A stretch of 64,000 bases of DNA, taken from assembly GCA_000965745.1 (NCBI GenBank), contig CP009479.1:1600001-1664000 (forward strand), read 5' to 3'. Below are positions 29,475-39,641 of this stretch, piece after piece (within the stretch, counting starts at the first letter, position 1; the number at the start of each line of letters is the position of its first letter). The notes under the pieces are model-generated. The model had not been told where the DNA came from, searched no databases, and saw only the letters and a program-made list of their open reading frames with translations. The DNA is from an uncultured archaeon. Lineage in GTDB: Archaea > Thermoplasmatota > Thermoplasmata > Thermoplasmatales > Thermoplasmataceae. The position numbers and the translations under genes are program-made.

Positions 29475-30755
29475 ATGGGTGATCGTATGGTTCAAACAGG
29501 AAAAACGGCAGTAGAAAAAGTGTTTTCGAAAAAATCGGGGAGAGATGTCAGGGCAGGGAGCATCATAGAGGCGGAAGTTGACTATGTAATGGTGAATGAC
29601 ATAACAGGCCCACCGGCAATGGATGCATTTTCACAGCTGGGAGTGGAGCCTAAAAAGGATAAAATTGTGCTGATACCCGATCATTTTGTCCCGAGCAAGG
29701 ATATAGCCTCTGCCACGCAGTCAAAGAAAATGCGTGATTTTGCATGGAAATATGAGATGCCAAATTATTTTGAAGTCGGCAGGGGCGGAGTGTGCCACCA
29801 GGTAATGATGGAGAAGGGTTTTGCCACTCCCGGTGCTCTCATAGCCGGGGCGGATTCCCACACCTGCACCTATGGGGGACTTGGAGCAATATCCGTGGGG
29901 ATCGGGAGCACAGAAGCAGGCGTAATTTTCGGAACCGGAAAAATGTGGTTCAAGGTGCCCGAAACTGTGAGGTTCGATATAGATGGCCCACTAGATGAAT
30001 CAGTCGAAGGGAAGGACGTGATTCTCAGTGTCATTTCACGCATAGGCCTTGAGGGCGGCAGGTACAAATGTCTCGAGTACCGGGGCTCAGCAATTCAGCA
30101 GCTGGGAATATCTGACAGGATGACCATTGCGAACATGTCATCCGAAGCAGGCGCTAAGTGTGCCTTCATACCTCCTGACCGAAAAACGGAAGCTTATCTG
30201 GAGGGAAGGGCAAGGAACAGTTGGGAATTCATGGATTCCGACATGGATGCAACATACGAACAGATAATTCGCATAGATGCATCAGAGCTCGAACCTGTGG
30301 TATCAATGCCCGGGTCCCCCGCAAATGTGAAGCCTGTATCTGAAGTTGACAGTGAAATAGACCAGGCTTACATCGGGTCATGCACCAACGGCAGGATAGA
30401 GGATATAAGAAGGGCAGCAGCGGTACTGAAGGGCAGGAAAGTACACCCGAGAACAAGGTTGATTGTTGTCCCTTCCAGCCAGCAGGTATTTGAGGATGCA
30501 GTATCGGAAGGGCTTGTAAAGATAATATCTGAAGCAGGAGGGTATGTCTCGGGGCCTACCTGCGGTGCATGCCTCGGAGGTTACATGGGCGTACTCGGCC
30601 CCGGTGAGAAATGCATATCGAGCACGAACAGGAATTTTCTGGGAAGGATGGGGGACAAGGACTCAAGCGTCTATCTCTCTAATCCTTCTGTCGTTGCTGC
30701 AAGTGCAGTTGCAGGCAGGATAATCTCCCCCTCGGAGGTGCTCAAGGTTGCCTGA
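29475..30755 (+). CDS. leuC: 3-isopropylmalate dehydratase large subunit
   Basis: DSHTCT, GSCTN, CGACLG and NRNF.GR motifs. Confidence 0.9.
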   Translation: MGDRMVQTGKTAVEKVFSKKSGRDVRAGSIIEAEVDYVMVNDITGPPAMDAFSQLGVEPKKDKIVLIPDHFVPSKDIASATQSKKMRDFAWKYEMPNYFEVGRGGVCHQVMMEKGFATPGALIAGADSHTCTYGGLGAISVGIGSTEAGVIFGTGKMWFKVPETVRFDIDGPLDESVEGKDVILSVISRIGLEGGRYKCLEYRGSAIQQLGISDRMTIANMSSEAGAKCAFIPPDRKTEAYLEGRARNSWEFMDSDMDATYEQIIRIDASELEPVVSMPGSPANVKPVSEVDSEIDQAYIGSCTNGRIEDIRRAAAVLKGRKVHPRTRLIVVPSSQQVFEDAVSEGLVKIISEAGGYVSGPTCGACLGGYMGVLGPGEKCISSTNRNFLGRMGDKDSSVYLSNPSVVAASAVAGRIISPSEVLKVA

Positions 30756-31251
30756 ACACAGAATTAGGGGAAAAGTCTGGATTCTTGGCGACAACGTCGA
30801 CACTGACCAGATCATACCGGCGAGGTACCTGGTAACTGCAGAGCCCGAAAAACTTGCGCCACACTTCATGGAAAATACGATCCCGGGTCTTGCATCGTCC
30901 ATATCCCGCGGCGACATAATTGTAGCCGGCAGGAATTTTGGGTGTGGCTCAAGCAGGGAACATGCCGTGAGGGCCATTCAGGGGTGTGGCGTCAGCCTGG
31001 TAATTGCTAAGAGCTTTGCACGGATATTCTTCAGAAATTCCATTAACCTGGGGCTTCCGGTTATTGAAGCTGATATATCTGTTGTTGAAGGGGCTGAAGT
31101 ATCCGTTGACATGGAAAAAGGGACCATTGCGCATGGTCCGGAAACGACTAAGTTCGAGAAATACCCGGAATTCCTGAAAAAGATAGTGGATAGTGGGAGC
31201 ATCATAAACTATGCCAAGGAGGAGTTGTTACGCCAGCAGTCGCAGTCATAG
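30748..31251 (+). CDS. leuD: 3-isopropylmalate dehydratase small subunit
   Basis: DTDQIIPARYL and NFGCGSSREHA motifs. Confidence 0.9.
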   Translation: MPEHRIRGKVWILGDNVDTDQIIPARYLVTAEPEKLAPHFMENTIPGLASSISRGDIIVAGRNFGCGSSREHAVRAIQGCGVSLVIAKSFARIFFRNSINLGLPVIEADISVVEGAEVSVDMEKGTIAHGPETTKFEKYPEFLKKIVDSGSIINYAKEELLRQQSQS

Positions 31252-32300
31252 AGGGGGACGGGATTGGCCGTGAGGTGATACCGGCAGCAACTGAATGCAT
31301 AGATCACATCACAGGCGGATCGATTGAATATGTGAAATACGGAGCATCTTCTGAGAGGTATATCCGGGAAAGCACTCTGATAACGGAAAATGAAATGGAA
31401 GAGCTCAGAAAAATGGATGCAATTTTATTCGGGGCGATCGGGGACCCGAGGGTGAAACCCGGAATAATGGAAAGAGGTGTAATTCTCAGGCTAAGAAGAG
31501 AACTTGGCCTTTTTCTGAACCTGCGCCCCGCAAGGTCCCTGCCTTTTTCCAAATTTGACATGAATATTGCCATTGCAAGGGAAAACACTGAAGAGTTTTA
31601 CATGGGTTTCGGGGGAAAGATTGACGAAGGCGGGTCGAAATTCCTGCATAGAAGCAATGCATGGTCCGGTGAGCTAGAAGTTTCAGGCAGTTCTGACGAC
31701 GATTTGTACTTCAATCTCGGGGTAATGAGCAGAAAAAACCTGGAAAGATTTTTCAGAAAGGCCCTGTCATTCAAGCAAGCAAATGAGGGCAAGGGTGTAA
31801 CTGTAGTGGACAAGGCAAATGCTGTAACCGGCCTTTACGAGATCTGGAGGGAAGTGGCCGGAGAAGAACTTGCAAAAGCTGGCATAAAGCCTCATTTCAT
31901 GTATGGGGATGCAGTCGCATATGATCTTGTCATGGACCCTTCAAAATTTGGACTCATCATGGCTTCCAACCTCTATGGGGATATCCTGTCAGATCTCTGT
32001 GCTGGTATGATCGGTGGCCTGGGATTTGCCCCAAGTGGAAGCTATGGACTGGGGAAAGTGGCACTTTTTGAGCCTGTACATGGAAGCGCTCCCGATATCG
32101 CGGGAAGAGGCATAGCCAACCCCATTGGCGCCATACTGTCAGGGGCCATGATGCTGGACCATCTTGGTATGAAGGAGAAGGGCCAGGCCCTGGAGGAGGC
32201 AGTCGGATTAGCTGTGCAGGACGGAGTAATGACCCATGACATAGGTGGAAGTGACGGCACGAAGAGAGTGGTTGCATCGGTCGTGAAACATCTTCCATAA
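31230..32300 (+). CDS. leuB: 3-isopropylmalate dehydrogenase
   Basis: VAVIEGDGIGREV, NLYGDILSD and EPVHGSAPDIAG motifs. The conserved N-terminus extends upstream of the ORF-track start to ACG at 31230. Confidence 0.85.
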   Translation, partial: TPAVAVIEGDGIGREVIPAATECIDHITGGSIEYVKYGASSERYIRESTLITENEMEELRKMDAILFGAIGDPRVKPGIMERGVILRLRRELGLFLNLRPARSLPFSKFDMNIAIARENTEEFYMGFGGKIDEGGSKFLHRSNAWSGELEVSGSSDDDLYFNLGVMSRKNLERFFRKALSFKQANEGKGVTVVDKANAVTGLYEIWREVAGEELAKAGIKPHFMYGDAVAYDLVMDPSKFGLIMASNLYGDILSDLCAGMIGGLGFAPSGSYGLGKVALFEPVHGSAPDIAGRGIANPIGAILSGAMMLDHLGMKEKGQALEEAVGLAVQDGVMTHDIGGSDGTKRVVASVVKHLP

Positions 32301-32348
32301 TTGGTGCTCCATCATAATCTTTTAATATACAAATATTGTAAACAAAAG

Positions 32349-33044
32349 ATGGAACAAGACCGCATCGGGACTGTGCCTGTTTCGCAGAGAGACATCGGCA
32401 TGGGAGTCATGATTCTGGGCATCAGCTATTCGATTGATTTCCTCTCATCACTGGGATGGGTCAGCCTAATTCTGGGCCTGGTCTCAATAATAATACTATT
32501 GTACAGAAGGCATTCTATGAGCGTTGCGCAGGGAAGGCTACTCTATGCAAGCATCATAATTTTCATACTCTCCCTGATAGTTTTTGTTGTTGTTTTTGTG
32601 GCGGAGGTCTTTGGCATCGCCAGCACGCTTATATCTCAGGGTTTCAACGGTGGGCCTATCCCTGAATGGGCATAAAAGGAGACAGTGAACTTTTCACTGA
32701 TATCTGGTTCAATCCTTGCGGTCCTATCCGGTTTCTGTTATTTCTTGATACCTTTTCCAATGGCAAACCGCAACCTCAATACTTACTTGATTGGTGCTTT
32801 CCTGGGATCCGTAGCGTTGAAAGTTTTTGAGGTATTTCTTCTGGCAGGAAGCCTTGTCAGCCTGAACTCGATGGATTTGAACAATGCCCTGACGGTTGTC
32901 AGGGCAGACCCGTTTCAGATGCCATATATCGCAATATCAGCCGCCTCGTCTCTCTTGCTGGGCATATTGATCATCTTTATTGGGCTGGCATTGAGGAAAG
33001 GAAAGTTAATGACAATTCCACAAAAGGAGGAAGAAAAGTTCTAG
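32349..33044 (+). pseudogene. membrane protein split by one in-frame TAA (32673-32675)
   Basis: The two ORF halves are in the same frame, 9 nt apart. Confidence 0.6.
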
Positions 33045-33046
33045 AT

Positions 33047-34195
33047 TCACTTGGTCTTCCACTTCCTTAATCTTGGCTCATAAGTTTCAAAGATAAAGGA
33101 AAGGCATTTCCCATAATTCCAGTCGTGATGGTCCAGAGACATGGTAAGAGGTTCAGCAATGATCTTTGTTCTCACCGAATACTTCATCACTCCTTCGGTG
33201 TGGTATTTGATCACCTGGATATTCAGTTTTCCATGGCTGATGCCGGTTATCTTGGAGAATCTAACTATGAACTTGCTGGCCATAGCGTAGGTGATCTCGT
33301 ACAGATCCTGGTCATCGGGATCAAGCCCGGTAACCTGTATCAGCAATCCTTCTTTTTCCTCCCCGGTGTCAAGCGAATCTATTATGTCAGAAATTCCGAC
33401 AATGCCCTCTATCTGAAGGTCGTCATTCACAACCGGTACAATGTGAAGTCTTTGTGCCATGATTATCTCGGCGGTTTTAGTGATTGGCTCATGTCCGAAA
33501 ACCCAGCGTGGATTGTCCATCAGTGAGGAGCATTTTATATCTACCTTGCTCTTGTCACCACCTCTGTCACCGGCAACGTCGACCATTGAACCTCCTACAT
33601 TTCCAAACGCCATATGACCTCCCCTTATGCCCTGCTTCTCTCTTCTGAAGGTGTCGGCAGCCACTTCGTCAAGTCTCAATATGCCAACAAGTTTGTTATC
33701 ACTGTCCACAATCGGTATCTCAGTTTCATCAAGTCCGCGCATTTTATCTGCGGCAGACTGTATATTGTCGTCGCCCAGTGCAGTTAGGGGAGCGCTGGAC
33801 ATGATCTGCCTGTTTCTGATGTTTTTAGCCTCTTCAAATTCGTCAAGGTGCTGGATTATGTCCGACCTCGAAATTATGCCGACAATCCTGCTCTTGTCAA
33901 GAACCGGGAAGGCTGAGAGGCCAGTGTGAACGATGAGCCTGATGACTTCCCTGATGTCATCTTCAGGGGAAAGTTTCGGCGTGTTGATCAGGAAGGTGTC
34001 CACGCGGGCTGAAAGCTGCATGCTCCTCTTTCTCAAAATTTCCCTATAGTTCAGCATTCCAACATATTTCTTGCCTGAAACTGCCGGAATCTGGTGGATA
34101 TCGGTTGATCTCATCTTCGACATGGCATCCGATATCGTGGAAAGTTCCACATCTATGACCTCCGGGTTTCCTGTCATAATGTCCTTTACAAGCAT
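33047..34195 (-). CDS. 4xCBS-domain protein with C-terminal HPF/RaiA-like domain
   Basis: Four CBS repeats; the C-terminal ~100 aa have a beta-alpha-beta-beta-beta-alpha pattern. Confidence 0.85.
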   Translation of the reverse strand: MLVKDIMTGNPEVIDVELSTISDAMSKMRSTDIHQIPAVSGKKYVGMLNYREILRKRSMQLSARVDTFLINTPKLSPEDDIREVIRLIVHTGLSAFPVLDKSRIVGIISRSDIIQHLDEFEEAKNIRNRQIMSSAPLTALGDDNIQSAADKMRGLDETEIPIVDSDNKLVGILRLDEVAADTFRREKQGIRGGHMAFGNVGGSMVDVAGDRGGDKSKVDIKCSSLMDNPRWVFGHEPITKTAEIIMAQRLHIVPVVNDDLQIEGIVGISDIIDSLDTGEEKEGLLIQVTGLDPDDQDLYEITYAMASKFIVRFSKITGISHGKLNIQVIKYHTEGVMKYSVRTKIIAEPLTMSLDHHDWNYGKCLSFIFETYEPRLRKWKTK

Positions 34196-34483
34196 TTACG
34201 ATCTCCATTTGAATTATGGGCTCCAGGCATAAAACCGGATACCCTCTCTGTTAACGTGCGTTAATTCCACGCTGCGACTCTTTGAGTGGATGGGGGCTCA
34301 GAAGCTGCCAGGGGCTTTTAAGAATTCAAAATTTTTATTCAATCACTGAATCCCGGTTTGAAACAGTCTTCAAGTATGGCAATGGCTGAATTCACCATGC
34401 AGTCACAAGGAAGCCCCATGGATCATGGCGGCGTAGTTGAATGAACCCAGTCCCGAGACTCCACATCTGCGGAAGTATCTGAA

Positions 34484-35698
34484 ATGCAAACAGGAGAGGC
34501 CGAAAGCACATTAATTGATAGAACAATTGAGAGGAGGTTCAATTTTCTCCTTATTTCAAGGGCTGCAAGAAGCATAGGCATTGTTTACGTCACACTATCC
34601 CTTCCGCTCTACCTGCTGTACCTGGGAATACCAGTATCAATAATCGGGACACTGCTCCTGCTCATGGTACTTTTTTCCGTTGCAATCTCACTGTTATCCG
34701 GCATGCTAGGAGACAGGATTGGATACCGGTATTCACTCTTGATCGGGGAAGTTCCAATGCTTATTGCCACTTTCATCCTTTTTCATTACAATACCATCAT
34801 ACCAATCGAGATTGCAACAGTAATAGGAGGGATTGGGGGGACTCCCGGAGGCCTCAGGGGTGTCTTTGCACCTGGCCTGAATGCACTGATAGCCAGAAAC
34901 TGGCCGGAATCAGGCGAAAGGGTCAAGAAAATGGGAAGGGTGATGGCGGTGGGGGCTTTTTCCGCCTTTGGTGGAGCAGTCCTTCTGTATTCACACGGCT
35001 ACCTTGTTTCCATCATGGGTGCGGCCGAAGCTTTCAGGATGCTCTATCTTTCGTCATTTCTTCTCGGGCTCCTGTCCTTTGCCTCATTGGTATTCATTAA
35101 GGAAAGGAAGGCGGCTAAGAAGAAACATGGCATAATCGACAGGAAGAGCGGGAAGTACACCTTGAAAGTGATTCTCTCAAATATTGTCAACGGTTCTGGA
35201 GTCGGATTCTCGATTGCACTTCTTCCAGCATGGATTGAGTTGAGGTTTGGCGTTCCCCCCTCCACAGTAGGACTGATGTTTACTTTCTCCTACGTTGCCA
35301 CCGCGGTGTCTTCCCTGATGGCTACAAGACGAATCGATATCCTGAGGTCTCCGGTCTGGACAGCATCGCTTTCAAGGATTATGCAGGGCGTTGTAATGAT
35401 GGCTGTTGCCTTCTCACCATCGCTGCTGATCGTTGCATCGCTGTACATCGCGAGGTCAGCCGCAGCAGGTTTCGGAGCTCCCATAAGAACAGCCATAAAT
35501 GTGAAGGGGGTGAGTGACAGCAATTTCGGGATAGCATCCAGTGCGCAGGGAATGGCGGTCAGAAGCTCCACAGGCACTTCAGCAATATCCGGGTACCTGA
35601 TGGAATACTCCCTGCCAATTCCAATGGAGATCGGCGGTGTGCTGCAGCTTCTGGGAGGATTGGTGTACTATCGGCTCATGCGGCGTGACAACCGCTGA
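34484..35698 (+). CDS. MFS transporter
   Basis: GMLGDRIGYR motif A; about 12 TM segments. Confidence 0.88.
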   Translation: MQTGEAESTLIDRTIERRFNFLLISRAARSIGIVYVTLSLPLYLLYLGIPVSIIGTLLLLMVLFSVAISLLSGMLGDRIGYRYSLLIGEVPMLIATFILFHYNTIIPIEIATVIGGIGGTPGGLRGVFAPGLNALIARNWPESGERVKKMGRVMAVGAFSAFGGAVLLYSHGYLVSIMGAAEAFRMLYLSSFLLGLLSFASLVFIKERKAAKKKHGIIDRKSGKYTLKVILSNIVNGSGVGFSIALLPAWIELRFGVPPSTVGLMFTFSYVATAVSSLMATRRIDILRSPVWTASLSRIMQGVVMMAVAFSPSLLIVASLYIARSAAAGFGAPIRTAINVKGVSDSNFGIASSAQGMAVRSSTGTSAISGYLMEYSLPIPMEIGGVLQLLGGLVYYRLMRRDNR

Positions 35699-35790
35699 GT
35701 CCAACACAGGATGTTGAAGGACTCCCGTCATCTTCCCCATGAGAAATTGTATTTATCATTTGCCGTGATTTGTTAACTGGTGTTGGTAAC

Positions 35791-37014
35791 ATGAATGATT
35801 TTGAATCTGCCAGAGATGAGTTTAAGGCGCTGAAGAACATGGTTTATCTCAACTGGGCTGGCCTCGGGCCGCTCCCTTCAAGCGCAAAAATAGCAGTAGA
35901 AGAGCTTCTAAAAAATATTTATGAATGGGACAACCAGTATGTATCAGAAGCCATATCTAGTCTTCAAGACGGAGCAAAAGGGCAGATTGCAAAACTTCTG
36001 AACACCTCGCCGGATCAGATAGCCATTACAGGCACCAATACAACACAGGGAATACAGACAGCATTTGAGGCAATAAGGCCTAAGAGCGGGGAATCAATTG
36101 TAACAAGCGATATGCAGTACGTGCTGACTGAGGCTGAGCTTCAGAAATGGCGCGACAGGGGAGTGGACATAAAGGTAGTGAAGAACAGGGACGGAGTTTA
36201 CGACCTCAATGATTTTCAGAGGGCAGTTGACAAAACTACAAGAGCAGTTTTCGTTGACTCGGTAACATGGATCAACGGGTACAAATTTGACGTTCCTGAA
36301 CTTTCAAAAATCGCCCATGAAAATAATGCATTCATGATAACGGACTCTATACAGCATCTTGGCCAAGCCAAAATGGACGTTGAGAAATCCGGGGCCGACC
36401 TGGTTGCCGGAAGTGCCCAGAAGTGGCTTTCAGACTGGCTAGGTTTGGGATTCCTGTACGTCAGGAGGAAAGTGATTGAAGAACTGGAACGCCCATATTA
36501 CGGATACAAGAACACCGAAGAGCCCGATGGAGGCTGGCACACTTATTTCACTCTTACAGACAGGGAGCAGTTCCCGGAATTCAAGTTTTACAGCAGCGAC
36601 GCAAGGAAATTTGAATACGGCGGCAGCCTGTACAATATGCCAGGGCTAACGGCTCTGGAAAAGACCCTGAAGCTCATAAACGGCATCGGGATGGATAGAG
36701 TACAGAGGAGAGTGCTTGAGCTAAAACATGAACTGCTGGAAGGCCTTGAGGCCCTGGACTTTGAGGTTCTGGAGCCATACGAGGAAAAACACCAGTCCGG
36801 AATAACTACCTTCAGGATGGGAGTCGGGCGCAAGAAAGAGATGGAAGTTGTTGAAAAGCTCAACAGCACCGGTTATGCCATTTCGTACAGGGCCGGCGGC
36901 GGCCTCTATGGTATCAGGGTATCCACCCACTACGTGAACAACTCGGATGATATACAAAGCTTGCTTGGGGCACTAAAATCCCTCAGGGCAAAGGCGGGTG
37001 TGAAAAGGAATTAG
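35791..37014 (+). CDS. class V PLP aminotransferase (cysteine desulfurase-like)
   Basis: YLNWAG.GP, DSIQH.G, SAQKW and RVSTHYVN motifs. Confidence 0.88.
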   Translation: MNDFESARDEFKALKNMVYLNWAGLGPLPSSAKIAVEELLKNIYEWDNQYVSEAISSLQDGAKGQIAKLLNTSPDQIAITGTNTTQGIQTAFEAIRPKSGESIVTSDMQYVLTEAELQKWRDRGVDIKVVKNRDGVYDLNDFQRAVDKTTRAVFVDSVTWINGYKFDVPELSKIAHENNAFMITDSIQHLGQAKMDVEKSGADLVAGSAQKWLSDWLGLGFLYVRRKVIEELERPYYGYKNTEEPDGGWHTYFTLTDREQFPEFKFYSSDARKFEYGGSLYNMPGLTALEKTLKLINGIGMDRVQRRVLELKHELLEGLEALDFEVLEPYEEKHQSGITTFRMGVGRKKEMEVVEKLNSTGYAISYRAGGGLYGIRVSTHYVNNSDDIQSLLGALKSLRAKAGVKRN

Positions 37015-37110
37015 TCACCGAAAAGAGAACTTCATGCCCTTTCTTATTTTTCAAAATCCTACTTTTTTGCACCATAATATTATTATTACTGAACACTGTA
37101 ATATGATCCC

Positions 37111-37974
37111 ATGTCCACTGGAAGATGCGAATTCTGCCTAGAAATCAGGAATTGCCCTGTATGCAATGAGCCGGTTGAAAATTTTAGCCATGTGGGAGTC
37201 AGAGGGTCAGGCCTCACAAAATCTACGATATGGCATATAGCACATCCCTGCGGTCACCGCGTCGAAATATCCCCGGAAAAGATATCGGGCACACCCGGGG
37301 GAGCCAAGCTCGCAAAATACAAAGGCGGTCCGGTGTGGAAGGATGGGTACCAGTGGATTAATGTGTTTTGGGGGAGCTACTGGGTGGGAAACTCATGGGT
37401 TGGCAGGCTGAACAAGGCAGTTGAAGACATTGAAAGTAATTCTTCATACTCCGGCGAGCTCAGCCAGTACAATGTCGGTGCTGGAAGCCTTGAGGGGCAT
37501 GCTCTGATTACTACTGATCCGCCATCCTCAGTGTCTGAGAAAGACATAGGCAATGCCATAAATTCATGGATCCAGGATTCCCTTGTCAAGAACATAGGCA
37601 CAAAAGGGGCCTACAACATCTTTCTTCCCGCCGGTGTCACGGCAACTTTAGGGTCGGACAGGTCCTGCGCTAAGTTCTGCGATTACCACGATACTGCAAA
37701 TGGGGACCAGGGGCCGTTCTTCACATGTGAACCCTTTCCTTGCGGGTCGGGATGCAACCAGTGCAACAGCAGTGAATTTGACACTTTGACACAGGGGCTT
37801 TCCGAAGAAATGGTTGAGCTTAAGACAGACATGAATCCAGGAACCGGGTGGGTTATCGGGAATGAGGAGATATGTGATTACTGTGACACTAATTTTGTCT
37901 GCAACAGGATTTCAACTGGAGAATATATCAATGCCTGGTACAGTGATGCAAAAGGTGCCTGCTGGAAACCCTGA
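37111..37974 (+). CDS. Cys-rich protein: Zn-ribbon fused to Phi-1/EXORDIUM-like domain
   Basis: CEFC..CPVC..H..HPCGH, then Y.GGPV..FWG, FCDYH, E..E..TD..GW and EICD.C. Confidence 0.65.
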   Translation: MSTGRCEFCLEIRNCPVCNEPVENFSHVGVRGSGLTKSTIWHIAHPCGHRVEISPEKISGTPGGAKLAKYKGGPVWKDGYQWINVFWGSYWVGNSWVGRLNKAVEDIESNSSYSGELSQYNVGAGSLEGHALITTDPPSSVSEKDIGNAINSWIQDSLVKNIGTKGAYNIFLPAGVTATLGSDRSCAKFCDYHDTANGDQGPFFTCEPFPCGSGCNQCNSSEFDTLTQGLSEEMVELKTDMNPGTGWVIGNEEICDYCDTNFVCNRISTGEYINAWYSDAKGACWKP

Positions 37975-37995
37975 CCCTTTTTTTAACAAAATTGA

Positions 37996-38257
37996 GCGGA
38001 AAATCCCCTTCCGAAAGGGAGGGGATGAAAGCGAAATCTTTTCCTACTTTCCAGAAATAACACGCGGCTCACCAGCAGACAGAATGGAAGAAGGGTCGGA
38101 TAACGTGTAGCTCCATGCGTTCCTGTGTCCGTAAAGTCGAATGGATTAGTGTGGAGGGCAAAGTACCCCCGGGCCGGAGGGAATTCATGCCTGCGGAGGT
38201 TCCGCTGGTAACCGTCGAAGCAGGAAGCCCCTTTCGAAGGATAGGGGAGGAGGTCAC
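37996..38257 (+). mobile_element. non-autonomous IS605-family element (PATE/MITE) carrying omegaRNA-like right end
   Basis: LE hairpin ATCCCCTTCC-GAAA-GGGAGGGGAT after TTGA; RE GAAGCAGGAAGCCCCT..AGGGGAGGAGGTCAC; no transposase. Confidence 0.75.
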
Positions 38258-38333
38258 TGACAATGAATTTGCCGATCAAGATTTATCGGGATACGATATG
38301 AGGTAAGGGGCCCTCGCATAGGGAGAGGTTATA

Positions 38334-39641
38334 ATGAGCCACGCACGAATTCCAGTCAACATGGAAGAGCAGAGAAAAATTGCACTTATGTTTATTGCCA
38401 CGGGGTCGATATTCACTGGCATAGCGAGCGTTCTCGGGATGCTTTTGATCATAAGCAGCTCCCTTAAAATTAATCTCATAAGCGCTGAACTGTTCTCGGT
38501 GCACCCCCTCCTCCAGATTTTCGGTTTTCTTACTGAGTTTGTGCTTGGTGTCGCATATTCCCTGATTCCTTCGTTCAAGTCCCACGGTCTTCCATCTTAC
38601 CCCTTGGCCTACTTATCCTATGGCATGATAACTGTTGCAAATGGCGGCTACATTTTTTCAATGTGGGTATCCATGCCCTCCGGCCTGTCAGAAGAATTAC
38701 TTTCAATATTTCTCCTGCTGGAATTGGCTGCTGCCGCAATATTTCTCTGGCAAATCGGGTATGTCATAAGGAAAGGTAGGAAAACAAAGCTCGAAGGTGA
38801 CGCGTATCTCTTCATTTCCCCTCTTTCACTTCTTCTCTCACTGTCTGCGGTAATATACAGCATTTTGAGAGGACTCGATCCGTTCAGCATGGGGGTGGTG
38901 TATCTTGCCCTTATAGGTTTTGCAGGCTCAATGATATTCGGTGTTTCATTGAAGACCGTCGCCGTAAGGTTCACCACCAACATGGCAGGAACCTACAGAT
39001 ACGGAGTTTATGCCCAGTCTGCAGCGGTAGTTTCTGCCTTTCTGTCAGTATACTTCCAATCGTTCATCGCTTCGGTGGTGACTTCGGTCCTCTTCATGAC
39101 TTCAGCGTCACTATTTGTTCTGACTGCAAGGACATTTTCACAGTCGCGCCTCCTTGTACCTGACCGGGACAGGCTTCTTGCACACAGGGGTTCAACCAGA
39201 GGGCATGGAAATCTTCTGTTCCTTGAAGCCAGTTTCATGGTCGCCTCAGCCTGGCTGATTTCTGGAGTCTTCTTCGGCCTTCTGTATTCCTTCTCTTTAG
39301 ATTACTGGGTAAGAATAGCGTTCATCCATTCCTTCAGCATAGGCTTCATCGGATCGACAATAATCGGCATTGCCCCAGTACTGCTTCCGGGCATACTCAG
39401 CAGGAATGTTCCTTCGGGGAAAAACAGCCTGATGCCTTTGTACCTTCTTAATGCCGGGCTTGTCATATTCATAGCCGGAGACCTAGTGGCTTTGAACAAT
39501 GCTTTCCTGCCATTCTGGGCGGGAACCGGCGGGCCAATAATCATAATCTCTATGCTTTTTTTCATGTATGAAATTCACAGGAGCCTTATTTCAAGAAAGA
39601 GAGAAAACTCAGAAAGAGTGAGCTTTTCGGATGATTGGTAA
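38334..39641 (+). CDS. NnrS-like polytopic membrane protein
   Basis: About 12 TM segments; HPLLQIFGF and HSFSIGFIG His motifs. Confidence 0.65.
   Translation: MSHARIPVNMEEQRKIALMFIATGSIFTGIASVLGMLLIISSSLKINLISAELFSVHPLLQIFGFLTEFVLGVAYSLIPSFKSHGLPSYPLAYLSYGMITVANGGYIFSMWVSMPSGLSEELLSIFLLLELAAAAIFLWQIGYVIRKGRKTKLEGDAYLFISPLSLLLSLSAVIYSILRGLDPFSMGVVYLALIGFAGSMIFGVSLKTVAVRFTTNMAGTYRYGVYAQSAAVVSAFLSVYFQSFIASVVTSVLFMTSASLFVLTARTFSQSRLLVPDRDRLLAHRGSTRGHGNLLFLEASFMVASAWLISGVFFGLLYSFSLDYWVRIAFIHSFSIGFIGSTIIGIAPVLLPGILSRNVPSGKNSLMPLYLLNAGLVIFIAGDLVALNNAFLPFWAGTGGPIIIISMLFFMYEIHRSLISRKRENSERVSFSDDW

Noticed and set aside
28238-32300. Lysine AAA or coenzyme B (aks) operon instead of leu
   Set aside because: Not excluded by motifs alone, but the Leu-rich leader and the absence of lysW/lysX nearby favour leucine.
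34196-34483. Riboswitch upstream of the MFS gene
   Set aside because: No TPP, fluoride or other recognisable consensus.
38115-38306. ORFs MRSCVRKVEW... and MRACVRKVRW... (10395-10697) as paralogous proteins
   Set aside because: The similarity comes from the shared IS605-derived RNA element; the ORFs diverge right after GTCAC.
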